Made by a program: the position numbers and the translations under genes
Notes under the pieces: model-generated
The model's input: the letters and a program-made list of their open reading frames with translations, nothing else
Databases searched by the model: none
Told to the model about the DNA's origin: nothing
Part shown: positions 1 to 19,745 of the stretch, in pieces
Layout of the letters: each line of letters starts with the position of its first letter
Numbering within the stretch: the stretch's first letter is position 1
Assembly: GCF_009914755.1 (NCBI RefSeq)
Contig: NC_060948.1
Reading direction: 5' to 3' (one strand)
Source: the human T2T-CHM13v2.0 reference genome, Homo sapiens
Length of the DNA stretch: 64,000 bases

Positions 1-76
1 ACACAGGATAAATATTATATACTATGACATATAAAATATATGAGGTTATATGTTACATATAAGGCATAGCACATAA

Positions 77-217
<141 letters not shown>

Positions 218-220
218 TAG

Positions 221-250
221 CTGGGACTACACCACACTGGGACTACACCA
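221..250 (+). repeat. 16-bp-period direct duplication inside the Alu (ctgggactacacca-ca-ctgggactacacca)
   Basis: Seen directly; present in 26 of 27 units and absent in unit 4. Confidence 0.92.
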
Positions 251-320
251 GCTGCCACCATGCCTAGCTAATTTTTTGGATTTTTAGTAGTGACAGCGTT
301 TCACTGTATTGGCCAGGATG

Positions 321-391
321 GTCTTGATCTCTTCACCTTGTGATCCCCTTGCCTTGGCCTCCAAATTTGCTGGGATTACAGGCCTGAGCCA
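321..391 (-). promoter_or_regulatory. Degenerate Alu Pol III internal promoter remnants (A box tggctcaggcc, B box gatcaagac)
   Basis: Positions correspond to the Alu left-arm A and B boxes. The B-box CpG has decayed; activity is not shown. Confidence 0.4.
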
Positions 392-960
392 AGATCCATA
401 TTTTTTAAATGAAAAAAAATTTCAAAGGTACTCTGCTTGGTACAATAATCAAATGTATAAACTGAGGAATAAAACATAACCATGAAACCTACTTATAACT
501 GCATATGGAAAATACAGAGGATAATTTTTTAAATAACGTATTATGAAAGCCTTAACTAGTAATTTGAAGAGTTGGCATTTGAAAGGCCAGTATGAATATA
601 CCTTCAAAGCAGCAACACAGGTTCCCCATGAGAAAAAGCAAACACAGGGAAAATAAAAACACAAAGGTTCAATCTCTTCTGACCTTTGAAAGACACAGCA
701 CAGACAGTGGTCCTTAGGACGAAGAGCAGGAGACCCCTAATTCCGTCACCATGGCGATAGGGCATAAACATTGCTGGGTGAGGGCACAATCCACATTGTG
801 AGGTCCAACTGCTGCCAGGAAGACAGGAGTGCTTTTACATAGACCGAAAGGTCATTGAAGGCTCAGAGTTTTGTTTCAAGAACTGAATCCCAAGCCCACA
901 CGTTATTAGGCTGCGCTTCTTAAAACAAGTTATGAGATGGGAAAAAGGGCACCCACAAAC
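392..960. repeat. HSATI-like non-Alu segment of the DYZ2 unit (unit 1; recurs in every unit)
   Basis: Moderate-GC ~570 bp block between the Alu 5' end and the AT-rich domain. The name comes from known DYZ2 architecture, not an alignment; boundaries are approximate. Confidence 0.75.
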
Positions 961-2813
<1,853 letters not shown>

Positions 2814-4920
2814 AGATCCATACTTTTTAAATGAAAAAAAATTTCAAAGGTACTCTGCTTGGTACAATAATCAAATGTATATACTGAGGAATAAAACATA
2901 ACCATGAAACCTACTTATAACTGCATATGGAAAATACAGAGGATAATTTTTTAAATAACATATTTTGAAAGCCTTAACTAGTAATTTGAAGAGTTGGCAT
3001 TTGAAAGGCCAGTATGAATATACCTTCAAAGCAGCAACACAGGTTCCCCATGAGAAAAAGCAAACTCAGGGAAAATAAAAACACAAAGGTTCAATCTCTT
3101 CTGACCTTTGAAAGACACAGCACAGACAGTGGTCCTTAGGACGAAGAGCAGGAGACCCCTAATTCCGTCACCATGGCGATAGGGCATAAACATTGCTGGG
3201 TGAGGGCACAATCCACATTGTGAGGTCCAACTGCTGCCAGGAAGACAGGCGTGCTTTTACATAGACCGAAAGGTCATTGAAGGCTCAGAGTTTTGTTTCA
3301 AGAACTGAATCCCAAGCCCACACGTTATTAGGCTGCGCTTCTTAAACCAAGTTATGAGATGGGAAAAAGGGCACCCACAACCATACGTATACATTATGTA
3401 TATAATAATATACAGTGTCATATATATAATATATATAACCTATGTATAATATTGTTTTACATCCTGCATCTTATGTTATATATATTGTATAAAATATAAT
3501 TATTGATAATATATAAGTTTTATAATTATGCTACATGACATATAGTATATATTATAATTTATGACATATATAATATATGTTATATATCATATATAGAATA
3601 TATTATACGGTTAATATACGTATTAAATATAAATTATACATTATATATATTATATATAATATATCTGTTATATATAATACCCATTATGCATAATATATAT
3701 ATTATGTCTATGTTATATATAGTATAAAACAACATATAATAATATATAATTGTATATATAAAATGCGACATATAATATATATTATATTTTATAACATATG
3801 TAATATATATTATATATTATATATAATACGTTGTATGTATAATACCTATATTAAATATATATTATATGACTATGTTATTAATTACATGTCACATGTGTTA
3901 TATATTATATATTTTACATAGAATATACCGGTTACATACAATATATACTATGTTACCTATAATGTATAATTTATTACATGTAAAATAAAGAATGCAATAT
4001 ATTATGTATAATTTATAATATACAATATGTGGAATGTGATATATATAACATATAATATATGATATATGATATACAGTATATGATATATAACATACAATAT
4101 ATGATTCCTAATATATATGGTATACAATATATATTTTATGATATGTATTCTATATGTTTTATATTCTGTTATATATAACTATTTGAAATTATATATAACT
4201 GTATAATATTTTATGTAAATATGTAATATAATATATATAACTATATAATATATTATATATAACTATATATTATGTTATATATACTTTTATAACATAATTT
4301 ACATAAAGTATCATAATATAATATATATTATATTATTTCATATTACATAATATATATTACATATCACCCAATATAACTAACATACATAATATTATAATAT
4401 AGATTATATTATGTTATATTAAATATCATATATATCATGTATCATATATTCTATAATATATATTACACATTATATAATATGTATGTTGTCTATTATGTGA
4501 TATATATAACTATATATATAATTATATTTTTATACATAGAACTAGATAAACATGTAATTCTACATATTTTCATTTATAATATGTAGAATTATATAATCAT
4601 ATATAATTATTTATATTCTATAAAAAATTTTATCATTATATAAATTATAATATATAAAAATTATAATATGTACTACAAATATATATATATTATATATCAT
4701 ATATGATATAGTACCTTTGTTATATATCATAATACATATAAATGTGTATTATGTTATCTATAATTATATAATTTCATATATAAGATGTATAATATGTATC
4801 ATATATTATATATGTTATGTAATATATATAGTATATATAAGATGACACAGGATAAATATTATATACTATGACATATAAAATATATGAGGTTATATGTTAC
4901 ATATAAGGCATAGCACATAA

Positions 4921-5235
<315 letters not shown>

Positions 5236-7340
5236 AGATCCATACTTTTTAAATAAAAAAAAATTTCAAAGGTACACTGCTTGGTACAATAATCAAATGT
5301 ATACACTGAGGAATAAAACATAACCATGAAACCTACTTATAACTGCATATGGAAAATACAGAGGATAATTTTTTAAATAACATATTTTGAAAGCCTTAAC
5401 TAGTAATTTGAAGAGTTGGCATTTGAAAGGCCAGTATGAATATACCTTCAAAGCAGCAACACAGGTTCCCCATGAGAAAAAGCAAACTCAGGGAAAATAA
5501 AAACACAAAGGTTCAATCTCTTCTGACCTTTGAAAGACACAGCACAGACAGTGGTCCTTAGGACGAAGAGCAGGAGACCCCTAATTCCGTCACCATGGCG
5601 ATAGGGCATAAACATTGCTGGGTGAGGGCACAATCCACATTGTGAGGTCCAACTGCTGCCAGGAAGACAGGAGTGCTTTTACATAGACCGAAAGGTCATT
5701 GAAGGCTCAGAGTTTTGTTTCAAGAACTGAATCCCAAGCCCACACGTTATTAGGCTGCGCTTCTTAAAACAAGTTATGAGATGGGAAAAAGGGCACCCAC
5801 AAACATACGTATATATTATGTATATAATAATATACAGTGTCATATATATAATATATATAACCTATGTATAATATTGTTTTACATCCTGCATCTTATGTTA
5901 TATATATTGTATAAAATATAATAATTGATAATATATAAGTTTTATAATTATACAATATGACATATATTATATATTATAATTTATGACATATATAATATAT
6001 GTTATATATCATATATAGAATATATTATACGGTTAATATACGTATTAAATATAAATTATACATTATATATATTATATATAATATATCTGTTATATATAAT
6101 ACCCATTATGCATAATATATATATTATGTCTATGTTATATATAGTATAAAACAACATATAATAATATATAATTGTATATATAAAATGCGACATATAATAT
6201 ATATTATATTTTATAACATATGTAATATATATTATATATTATATATAATACGTTGTATGTATAATACCTATATTAAATATATATTATATGACTATGTTAT
6301 TAATTACATGTCACATGTGTTATATATTATATATTTTACATAGAATATACCGGTTACATACAATATATACTATGTTACCTATAATGTATAATTTATTACA
6401 TGTAAAATAAAGAATGCAATATATTATGTAAAATTTATAACATACAATATGTGGAATGTGATATATATAACATATAATATATGATATATGATATACAATA
6501 TATCATATATAACATACAATATATGATTCCTAATATATATGGTATACAATATATATTTTATGATATGTATTCTCTATGTTTTATATTCTGTTATATATAA
6601 CTATTTGAAATTATATATAACTGTATAATATTTTATTTAAATATGTAATATAATATATATAACTATATAATATATTATATATAACTATATATTATGTTAT
6701 ATATACTTTTATAACATAATTTACATAAAATATCATAATATAATATATATTATATTATTTCATATTACATAATATATATTACATATCACCCAATATAACT
6801 AACATACATAATATTATAATATAGATTATATTGTGTTATATTAAATATCATATATATCATGTATCATATATTCTATAATATATATTACACATTATATAAT
6901 ATGTGTGTTGTCTATTATGTGATATATATAACTATATATATAATTATATTTTTATACATATAACTAGATAAACATGTAATTCTACATATTTTCATTTACA
7001 ATATGTAGAATTATATAATCATATATAATTATTTATATTCTATAAAAAATTTTATCATTATATAAATTATAATATATAAAAATTATAATATGTACTACAA
7101 ATATATATATTATATATCATATATGATATAGTACCTTTGTTATATATCATAATACATATAAATGTGTATTATGTTATCTATAATTATATAATTTCATATA
7201 TAAGATGTATAATATGTATCATATATTATATATGTTATGTAATATATATAGTATATATAAGATGACACAGGATAAATATTATATACTATGACATATAAAA
7301 TATATGAGGTTATATGTTACATATAAGGCATAGCACATAA

Positions 7341-7639
<299 letters not shown>

Positions 7640-9746
7640 AGATCCATATTTTTTAAATGAAAAAAAATTTCAAAGGTACTCTGCTTGGTACAATAATCAA
7701 ATGTATAAACTGAGGAATAAAACATAACCATGAAACCTACTTATAACTGCATATGGAAAATACAGAGGATAATTTTTTAAATAACGTATTATGAAAGCCT
7801 TAACTAGTAATTTGAAGAGTTGGCATTTGAAAGGCCAGTATGAATATACCTTCAAAGCAGCAACACAGGTTCCCCATGAGAAAAAGCAAACACAGGGAAA
7901 ATAAAAACACAAAGGTTCAATCTCTTCTGACCTTTGAAAGACACAGCACAGACAGTGGTCCTTAGGACGAAGAGCAGGAGACCCCTAATTCCGTCACCAT
8001 GGCGATAGGGCATAAACATTGCTGGGTGAGGGCACAATCCACATTGTGAGGTCCAACTGCTGCCAGGAAGACAGGAGTGCTTTTACATAGACCGAAAGGT
8101 CATTGAAGGCTCAGAGTTTTGTTTCAAGAACTGAATCCCAAGCCCACACGTTATTAGGCTGTGCTTCTTAAAACAAGTTATGAGATGGGAAAAAGGGCAC
8201 CCACAAACATACGTATACATTATGTATATAATAATATACAGTATCATATATATAATATATATAACCTATGTATAATATTGTTTTACATCCTGCATCTTAT
8301 GTTATATATATTGTATAAAATATAATTATTGATAATATATAAGTTTTATAATTATGCTACATGACATATAGTATATATTATAATTTATGACATATATAAT
8401 ATATGTTATATATCATATATAGAATATATTATACGGTTAATATACGTATTAAATATAAATTATACATTATATATATTATATATAATATATCTGTTATATA
8501 TAATACCCATTATGCATAATATATATATTATGTCTATGTTATATATAGTATAAAACAACATATAATAATATATAATTGTATATATAAAATGCGACATATA
8601 ATATATATTATATTTTATAACATATGTAATATATATTATATATTATATATAATACGTTGTATGTATAATACCTATATTAAATATATATTATATGACTATG
8701 TTATTAATTACATGTCACATGTGTTATATATTATATATTTTACATAGAATATACCGGTTACATACAATATATACTATGTTACCTATAATGTATAATTTAT
8801 TACATGTAAAATAAAGAATGCAATATATTATGTATAATTTATAATATACAATATGTGGAATGTGATATATATAACATATAATATATGATATATGATATAC
8901 AGTATATGATATATAACATACAATATATGATTCTTAATATATATGGTATACAATATATATTTTATGATATGTATTCTATATGTTTTATATTCTGTTATAT
9001 ATAACTATTTGAAATTATATATAACTGTATAATATTTTATGTAAATATGTAATATAATATATATAACTATATAATATATTATATATAACTATATATTATG
9101 TTATATATACTTTTATAACATAATTTACATAAAATATCATAATATAATATATATTATATTATTTCATATTACATAATATATATTACATATCACCCAATAT
9201 AACTAACATACATAATATTATAATATAGATTATATTATGTTATATTAAATATCATATATATCATGTATCATATATTCTATAATATATATTACACATTATA
9301 TAATATGTATGTTGTCTATTATGTGATATATATAACTATATATATAATTATATTTTTATACATAGAACTAGATAAACATGTAATTCTACATATTTTCATT
9401 TATAATATGTAGAATTATATAATCATATATAATTATTTATATTCTATAAAAAATTTTATCATTATATAAATTATAATATATAAAAATTATAATATGTACT
9501 ACAAATATATATATATTATATATCATATATGATATAGTACCTTTGTTATATATCATAATACATATAAATGTGTATTATGTTATCTATAATTATATAATTT
9601 CATATATAAGATGTATAATATGTATCATATATTATATATGTTATGTAATATATATAGTATATATAAGATGACACAGGATAAATATTATATACTATGACAT
9701 ATAAAATATATGAGGTTATATGTTACATATAAGGCATAGCACATAA

Positions 9747-10061
<315 letters not shown>

Positions 10062-12166
10062 AGATCCATACTTTTTCAATAAAAAAAAATTTCAAAGGTA
10101 CACTGCTTGGTACAATAATCAAATGTATACACTGAGGAATAAAACATAACCATGAAACCTACTTATAACTGCATATGGAAAATACAGAATATAATTTTTT
10201 AAATAACATATTTTGAAAGCCTTAACTAGTAATTTGAAGAGTTGGCATTTGAAAGGCCAGTATGAATATACCTTCAAAGCAGCAACACAGGTTCCCCATG
10301 AGAAAAAGCAAACTCAGGGAAAATAAAAACACAAAGGTTCAATCTCTTCTGACCTTTGAAAGACACAGCACAGACAGTGGTCCTTAGGACGAAGAGCAGG
10401 AGACCCCTAATTCCGTCACCATGGCGATAGGGCATAAACATTGCTGGGTGAGGGCACAATCCACATTGTGAGGTCCAACTGCTGCCAGGAAGACAGGAGT
10501 GCTTTTACATAGACCGAAAGGTCATTGAAGGCTCAGAGTTTTGTTTCAAGAACTGAATCCCAAGCCCACACGTTATTAGGCTGCGCTTCTTAAAACAAGT
10601 TATGAGATGGGAAAAAGGGCACCCACAAACATACGTATACATTATGTATATAATAATATACAGTGTCATATATATAATATATATAACCTATGTATAATAT
10701 TGTTTTACATCCTGCATCTTATGTTATATATATTGTATAAAATATAATTATTGATAATATATAAGTTTTATAATTATACTATATGACATATAGTATATAT
10801 TATAATTTATGACATATATAATATATGTTATATATCATATATAGAATATATTATACGGTTAATATACGTATTAAATATAAATTATACATTATATATATTA
10901 TATATAATATATCTGTTATATATAATACCCATTATGCATAATATATATATTATGTCTATGTTATATATAGTATAAAACAACATATAATAATATATAATTG
11001 TATATATAAAATGCGACATATAATATATATTATATTTTATAACATATGTAATATATATTATATATTATATATAATACGTTGTATGTATAATACCTATATT
11101 AAATATATATTATATGACTATGTTATTAATTACATGTCACATGTGTTATATATTATATATTTTACATAGAATATACCGGTTACATACAATATATACTATG
11201 TTACCTATAATGTATAATTTATTACATGTAAAATAAAGAATGCAATATATTATGTAAAATTTATAACATACAATATGTGGAATGTGATATATATAACATA
11301 TAATATATGATATATGATATACAATATATGATATATAACATACAATATATGATTCCTAATATATATGGTATACAATATATATTTTATGATATGAATTCTC
11401 TATGTTTTATATTCTGTTATATATAACTATTTGAAATTATATATAACTGTATAATATTTTATTTAAATATGTAATATAATATATATAACTATATAATATA
11501 TTATATATAACTATATATTATGTTATATATACTTTTATATCATAATTTACATAAAATATCATAATATAATATATATTATATTATTTCATATTACATAATA
11601 TATATTACATATCACCCAATATAATTAACATACATAATATTATAATATAGATTATATTGTGTTATATTAAATATCATATATATCATGTATCATATATTCT
11701 ATAATATATATTACACATTATATAATATGTATGTTGTCTATTATGTGATATATATAACTATATATATAATTATATTTTTATACATATAACTAGATAAACA
11801 TGTAATTCTACATATTTTCATTTATAATATGTAGAATTATATAATCATATATAATTATTTATATTCTATAAAAAATTTTATCATTATATAAATTATAATA
11901 TATAAAAATTATAATATGTACTACAAATATATATATTATATATCATATATGATATAGTACCTTTGTTATATATCATAATACATATAAATGTGTATTATGT
12001 TATCTATAATTATATAATTTCATATATAAGATGTATAATATGTATCATATATTATATATGTTATGTAATATATATAGTATATATAAGATGACACAGGATA
12101 AATATTATATACTATGACATATAAAATATATGAGGTTATATGTTACATATAAGGCATAGCACATAA

Positions 12167-12481
<315 letters not shown>

Positions 12482-14611
12482 AGATCCATACTTTTTAAAT
12501 GAAAAAAAATTTCAAAGGTACTCTGCTTGGTACAATAATCAAATGTATACACTGAGGAATAAAACATAACCATGAAACCTACTTATAACTGCATATGGAA
12601 AATACAGAGGATAATTTTTTAAATAACATATTTTGAAAGCCTTAACTAGTAATTTGAAGAGTTGGCATTTGAAAGGCCAGTATGAATATACCTTCAAAGC
12701 AGCAACACAGGTTCCCCATGAGAAAAAGCAAACTCAGGGAAAATAAAAACACAAAGGTTCAATCTCTTCTGACCTTTGAAAGACACAGCACAGACAGTGG
12801 TCCTTAGGACGAAGAGCAGGAGACCCCTAATTCCGTCACCATGGCGATAGGGCATAAACATTGCTGGGTGAGGGCACAATCCACATTGTGAGGTCCAACT
12901 GCTGCCAGGAAGACAGGAGTGCTTTTACATAGACCGAAAGGTCATTGAAGGCTCACAGTTTTGTTTCAAGAACTGAATCCCAAGCCCACACGTTATTAGG
13001 CTGCGCTTCTTAAAACAAGTTATGAGATGGGAAAAAGGGCACCCACAAACATACGTATACATTATGTATATAATAATATACAGTGTCATATATATAATAT
13101 ATATAACCTATGTATAATATTGTTTTACATCCTGCATCTTATGTTATATATATTGTATAAAATATAATAATTGATAATATATAAGTTTTATAATTATACA
13201 ATATGACATATATTATATATTATAATTTATGACATATATAATATATGTTATATATCATATATAGAATATATTATACGGTTAATATACGTATTAAATATAA
13301 ATTATACATTATATATATTATATATAATATATCTGTTATATATAATACCCATTATGCATAATATATATATTATGTCTATGTTATATATACTATAAAACAA
13401 CATATAATAATATATAATTGTATATATAAAATGCGACATATAATATATATTATATTTTATAACATATGTAATATATATTATATATTATATATAATACGTT
13501 GTATGTATAATACCTATATTAAATATATATTATATGACTATGTTATTAATTACATGTCACATGTGTTATATATTATATATTTTACATAGAATATACCGGT
13601 TACATACAATATATACTATGTTACCTATAATGTATAATTTATTACATGTAAAATAAAGAATGCAATATATTATGTATAATTTATAATATACAATATGTGG
13701 AATGTGATATATATAACATATAATATATGATATATGATATACAGTATATGATATATAACATACAATATATGATTCCTAATATATATGTTATACAATATAT
13801 ATTTTATGATATGTATTCTATATGTTTTATATTCTGTTATATATAACTATTTGAAATTATATATAACTGTATAATATTTTATGTAAATATGTAATATAAT
13901 ATATATAACTATATAATATATTATATATAACTATATATTATGTTATATATACTTTTATAACATAATTTACATAAAATATCATAATATAATATATATTATA
14001 TTATTTCATATTACATAATATATATTACATATCACCCAATATAACTAACATACATAATATTATAATATAGATTATATTATGTTATATTAAATATCATATA
14101 TATCATGTATCATATATTCTATAATATATATTACACATTATATAATATGTATGTTGTCTATTATGTGATATATATAACTCCATATATAATTATATTTTTA
14201 TACATATAACTAGATAAACATGTAATTCTACATATTTTCATTTATAATATGTAGAATTATATAATCATATATAATTATTTATATTCTATAAAAAATTTTA
14301 TCATTATATAAATTATAATATATAAAAATTATAATATGTACTACAAATATATATATATTATATATCATATATGATATAGTACCTTTGTTATATATCATAA
14401 TACATGTAAATGTGTATTATGTTATCTATAATTATATAATTTCATATATAAGATGTATAATATGTATCATATATTATATATGTTATGTAATATATATAGT
14501 ATATATAAGATGACACAGGATAAATATTATATACTATGACATATAAAATATATGAGGTTATATGTTACATATAAGGCATAGCACATAACATGTAATATAT
14601 ATCATATATAA

Positions 14612-14903
14612 TTTTTTTTTAGACAGAATCTTGTCCTGTTGCTCAGGGTGGGGTACAATGGCGCCATCTTTGCTCACTGCAACTTCTGCCTCACGGGTCC
14701 AAGCGATTGTCCTCCCTCAGCCTCCCAGGTAGCTGGGACTACACCACACTGGGACTACACCAGCTGCCACCATGCCTAGCTAATTTTTTGGATTTTTAGT
14801 AGTGGCAGCGTTTCACTGTATTGGCCAGGATGGTCTTGATCTCTTCACCTTGTGATCCCCTTGCCTTGGCCTCCAAATTTGCTGGGATTACAGGCCTGAG
14901 CCA
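14612..14903 (-). mobile_element. Alu, unit 7
   Basis: Copy with gctcaggg and agtggcag variants. Confidence 0.92.
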
Positions 14904-17008
14904 AGATCCATACTTTTTAAATGAAAAAAAATTTCAAAGGTACTCTGCTTGGTACAATAATCAAATGTATAAACTGAGGAATAAAACATAACCATGAAAC
15001 CTACTTATAATTGCATATGGAAAATACAGAGGATAATTTTTTAAATAACGTATTTTGAAAGCCTTAACTAGTAATTTGAAGAGTTGGCATTTGAAAGGCC
15101 AGTATGAATATACCTTCAAAGCAGCAACACAGGTTCCCCATGAGAAAAAGCAAACTCAGGGAAAATAAAAACACAAAGTTTCAATCTCTTCTGACCTTTG
15201 AAAGACACAGCACAGACAGTGGTCCTTAGGACGAAGAGCAGGAGACCCCTAATTCCGTCACCATGGGGATAGGGCATAAACATTGCTGGGTGAGGGCACA
15301 ATCCACATTGTGAGGTCCAACTGCTGCCAGGAAGACAGGCGTGCTTTTACATAGACCGAAAGGTCATTGAAGGCTCAGAGTTTTGTTTCAAGAACTGAAT
15401 CCCAAGCCCACACGTTATTAGGCTGCGCTTCTTAAAACAAGTTATGAGATGGGAAAAAGGGCACCCACAAACATACGTATACATTATGTATATAATAATA
15501 TACAGTGTCATATATATAATATACATAACCTATGTATAATATTGTTTTACATCCTGCATCTTATGTTATATATATTGTATAAAATATAATTATTGATAAT
15601 ATATAAGTTTTATAATTATGCTACATGACATATAGTATATATTATAATTTATGACATATATAATATATGTTATATATCATATATAGAATATATTATACGG
15701 TTAATATACGTATTAAATATAAATTATACATTATATATATTATATATAATATATCTGTTATATATAATACCCATTATGCATAATATATATATTATGTATA
15801 TGTTATATATAGTATAAAACAACATATAATAATATATAATTGTATATATAAAATGCGACATATAATATATATTATATTTTATAACATATGTAATATATAT
15901 TATATATTATATATAATACGTTGTATGTATAATACCTATATTAAATATATATTATATGACTATATTATTAATTACATGTCACATGTGTTATATATTATAT
16001 ATTTTACATAGAATATACCGGTTACATACAATATATACTATGTTACCTATAATGTATAATTTATTACATGTAAAATAAAGAATGCAATATATTATGTATA
16101 ATTTATAATATACCATATGTGGAATGTGATATATATAACATATAATATATGATATATGATATACAGTATATGATATATAACATACAATATATGATTCCTA
16201 ATATATATGGTATACAATATATATTTTATGATATGAATTCTCTATGTTTTATATTCTGTTATATATAACTATTTGAAATTATATATAACTGTATAATATT
16301 TTATTTAAATATGTAATATAATATATATAACTATATAATATATTATATATAACTATATATTATGTTATATATACTTTTATATCATAATTTACATAAAATA
16401 TCATAATATAATATATATTATATTATTTCATATTACATAATATATATTACATATCACCCAATATAATTAACATACATAATATTATAATATAGATTATATT
16501 GTGTTATATTAAATATCATATATATCATGTATCATATATTCTATAATATATATTACACATTATATAATATGTATGTTGTCTATTATGTGATATATATAAC
16601 TATATATATAATTATATTTTTATACATATAACTAGATAAACATGTAATTCTACATATTTTCATTTATAATATGTAGAATTATATAATCATATATAATTAT
16701 TTATATTCTATAAAAAATTTTATCATTATATAAATTATAATATATAAAAATTATAATATGTACTACAAATATATATATTATATATCATATATGATATAGT
16801 ACCTTTGTTATATATCATAATACATATAAATGTGTATTATGTTATCTATAATTATATAATTTCATATATAAGATGTATAATATGTATCATATATTATATA
16901 TGTTATGTAATATATATAGTATATATAAGATGACACAGGATAAATATTATATACTATGACATATAAAATATATGAGGTTATATGTTACATATAAGGCATA
17001 GCACATAA

Positions 17009-17323
<315 letters not shown>

Positions 17324-19453
17324 AGATCCATACTTTTTAAATGAAAAAAAATTTCAAAGGTACTCTGCTTGGTACAATAATCAAATGTATACACTGAGGA
17401 ATAAAACATAACCATGAAACCTACTTATAACTGCATATGGAAAATACAGAGGATAATTTTTTAAATAACATATTTTGAAAGCCTTAACTAGTAATTTGAA
17501 GAGTTGGCATTTGAAAGGCCAGTATGAATATACCTTCAAAGCAGCAACACAGGTTCCCCATGAGAAAAAGCAAACTCAGGGAAAATAAAAACACAAAGGT
17601 TCAATCTCTTCTGACCTTTGAAAGACACAGCACAGACAGTGGTCCTTAGGACGAAGAGCAGGAGACCCCTAATTCCGTCACCATGGCGATAGGGCATAAA
17701 CATTGCTGGGTGAGGGCACAATCCACATTGTGAGGTCCAACTGCTGCCAGGAAGACAGGAGTGCTTTTACATAGACCGAAAGGTCATTGAAGGCTCACAG
17801 TTTTGTTTCAAGAACTGAATCCCAAGCCCACACGTTATTAGGCTGCGCTTCTTAAAACAAGTTATGAGATGGGAAAAAGGGCACCCACAAACATACGTAT
17901 ACATTATGTATATAATAATATACAGTGTCATATATATAATATATATAACCTATGTATAATATTGTTTTACATCCTGCATCTTATGTTATATATATTGTAT
18001 AAAATATAATAATTGATAATATATAAGTTTTATAATTATACAATATGACATATATTATATATTATAATTTATGACATATATAATATATGTTATATATCAT
18101 ATATAGAATATATTATACGGTTAATATACGTATTAAATATAAATTATACATTATATATATTATATATAATATATCTGTTATATATAATACCCATTATGCA
18201 TAATATATATATTATGTGTATGTTATATATACTATAAAACAACATATAATAATATATAATTGTATATATAAAATGCGACATATAATATATATTATATTTT
18301 ATAACATATGTAATATATATTATATATTATATATAATACGTTGTATGTATAATACCTATATTAAATATATATTATATGACTATGTTATTAATTACATGTC
18401 ACATGTGTTATATATTATATATTTTACATAGAATATACCGGTTACATACAATATATACTATGTTACCTATAATGTATAATTTATTACATGTAAAATAAAG
18501 AATGCAATATATTATGTATAATTTATAATATACAATATGTGGAATGTGATATATATAACATATAATATATGATATATGATATACAGTATATGATATATAA
18601 CATACAATATATGATTCCTAATATATATGTTATACAATATATATTTTATGATATGTATTCTATATGTTTTATATTCTGTTATATATAACTATTTGAAATT
18701 ATATATAACTGTATAATATTTTATGTAAATATGTAATATAATATATATAACTATATAATATATTATATATAACTATATATTATGTTATATATACTTTTAT
18801 AACATAATTTACATAAAATATCATAATATAATATATATTATATTATTTCATATTACATAATATATATTACATATCACCCAATATAACTAACATACATAAT
18901 ATTATAATATAGATTATATTATGTTATATTAAATATCATATATATCATGTATCATATATTCTATAATATATATTACACATTATATAATATGTATGTTGTC
19001 TATTATGTGATATATATAACTCCATATATAATTATATTTTTATACATATAACTAGATAAACATGTAATTCTACATATTTTCATTTATAATATGTAGAATT
19101 ATATAATCATATATAATTATTTATATTCTATAAAAAATTTTATCATTATATAAATTATAATATATAAAAATTATAATATGTACTACAAATATATATATAT
19201 TATATATCATATATGATATAGTACCTTTGTTATATATCATAATACATGTAAATGTGTATTATGTTATCTATAATTATATAATTTCATATATAAGATGTAT
19301 AATATGTATCATATATTATATATGTTATGTAATATATATAGTATATATAAGATGACACAGGATAAATATTATATACTATGACATATAAAATATATGAGGT
19401 TATATGTTACATATAAGGCATAGCACATAACATGTAATATATATCATATATAA

Positions 19454-19745
19454 TTTTTTTTTAGACAGAATCTTGTCCTGTTGCTCAGGGTGGGGTACAA
19501 TGGCGCCATCTTTGCTCACTGCAACTTCTGCCTCACGGGTCCAAGCGATTGTCCTCCCTCAGCCTCCCAGGTAGCTGGGACTACACCACACTGGGACTAC
19601 ACCAGCTGCCACCATGCCTAGCTAATTTTTTGGATTTTTAGTAGTGGCAGCGTTTCACTGTATTGGCCAGGATGGTCTTGATCTCTTCACCTTGTGATCC
19701 CCTTGCCTTGGCCTCCAAATTTGCTGGGATTACAGGCCTGAGCCA
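19454..19745 (-). mobile_element. Alu, unit 9
   Basis: Same variants as unit 7. Confidence 0.92.

Noticed and set aside
604-789. 61-aa minus-strand ORF (MCPHPAMFMP...) repeated 27 times
   Set aside because: Its conservation simply reflects ~99% DNA identity of the satellite. I recognise no domain, the visible variants are mostly amino-acid changing, and it starts at a non-ATG codon. There is no support for coding.
785-800. Hairpin cacaat-ccac-attgtg
   Set aside because: A 6-bp stem is expected by chance; no terminator or RNA-gene context.
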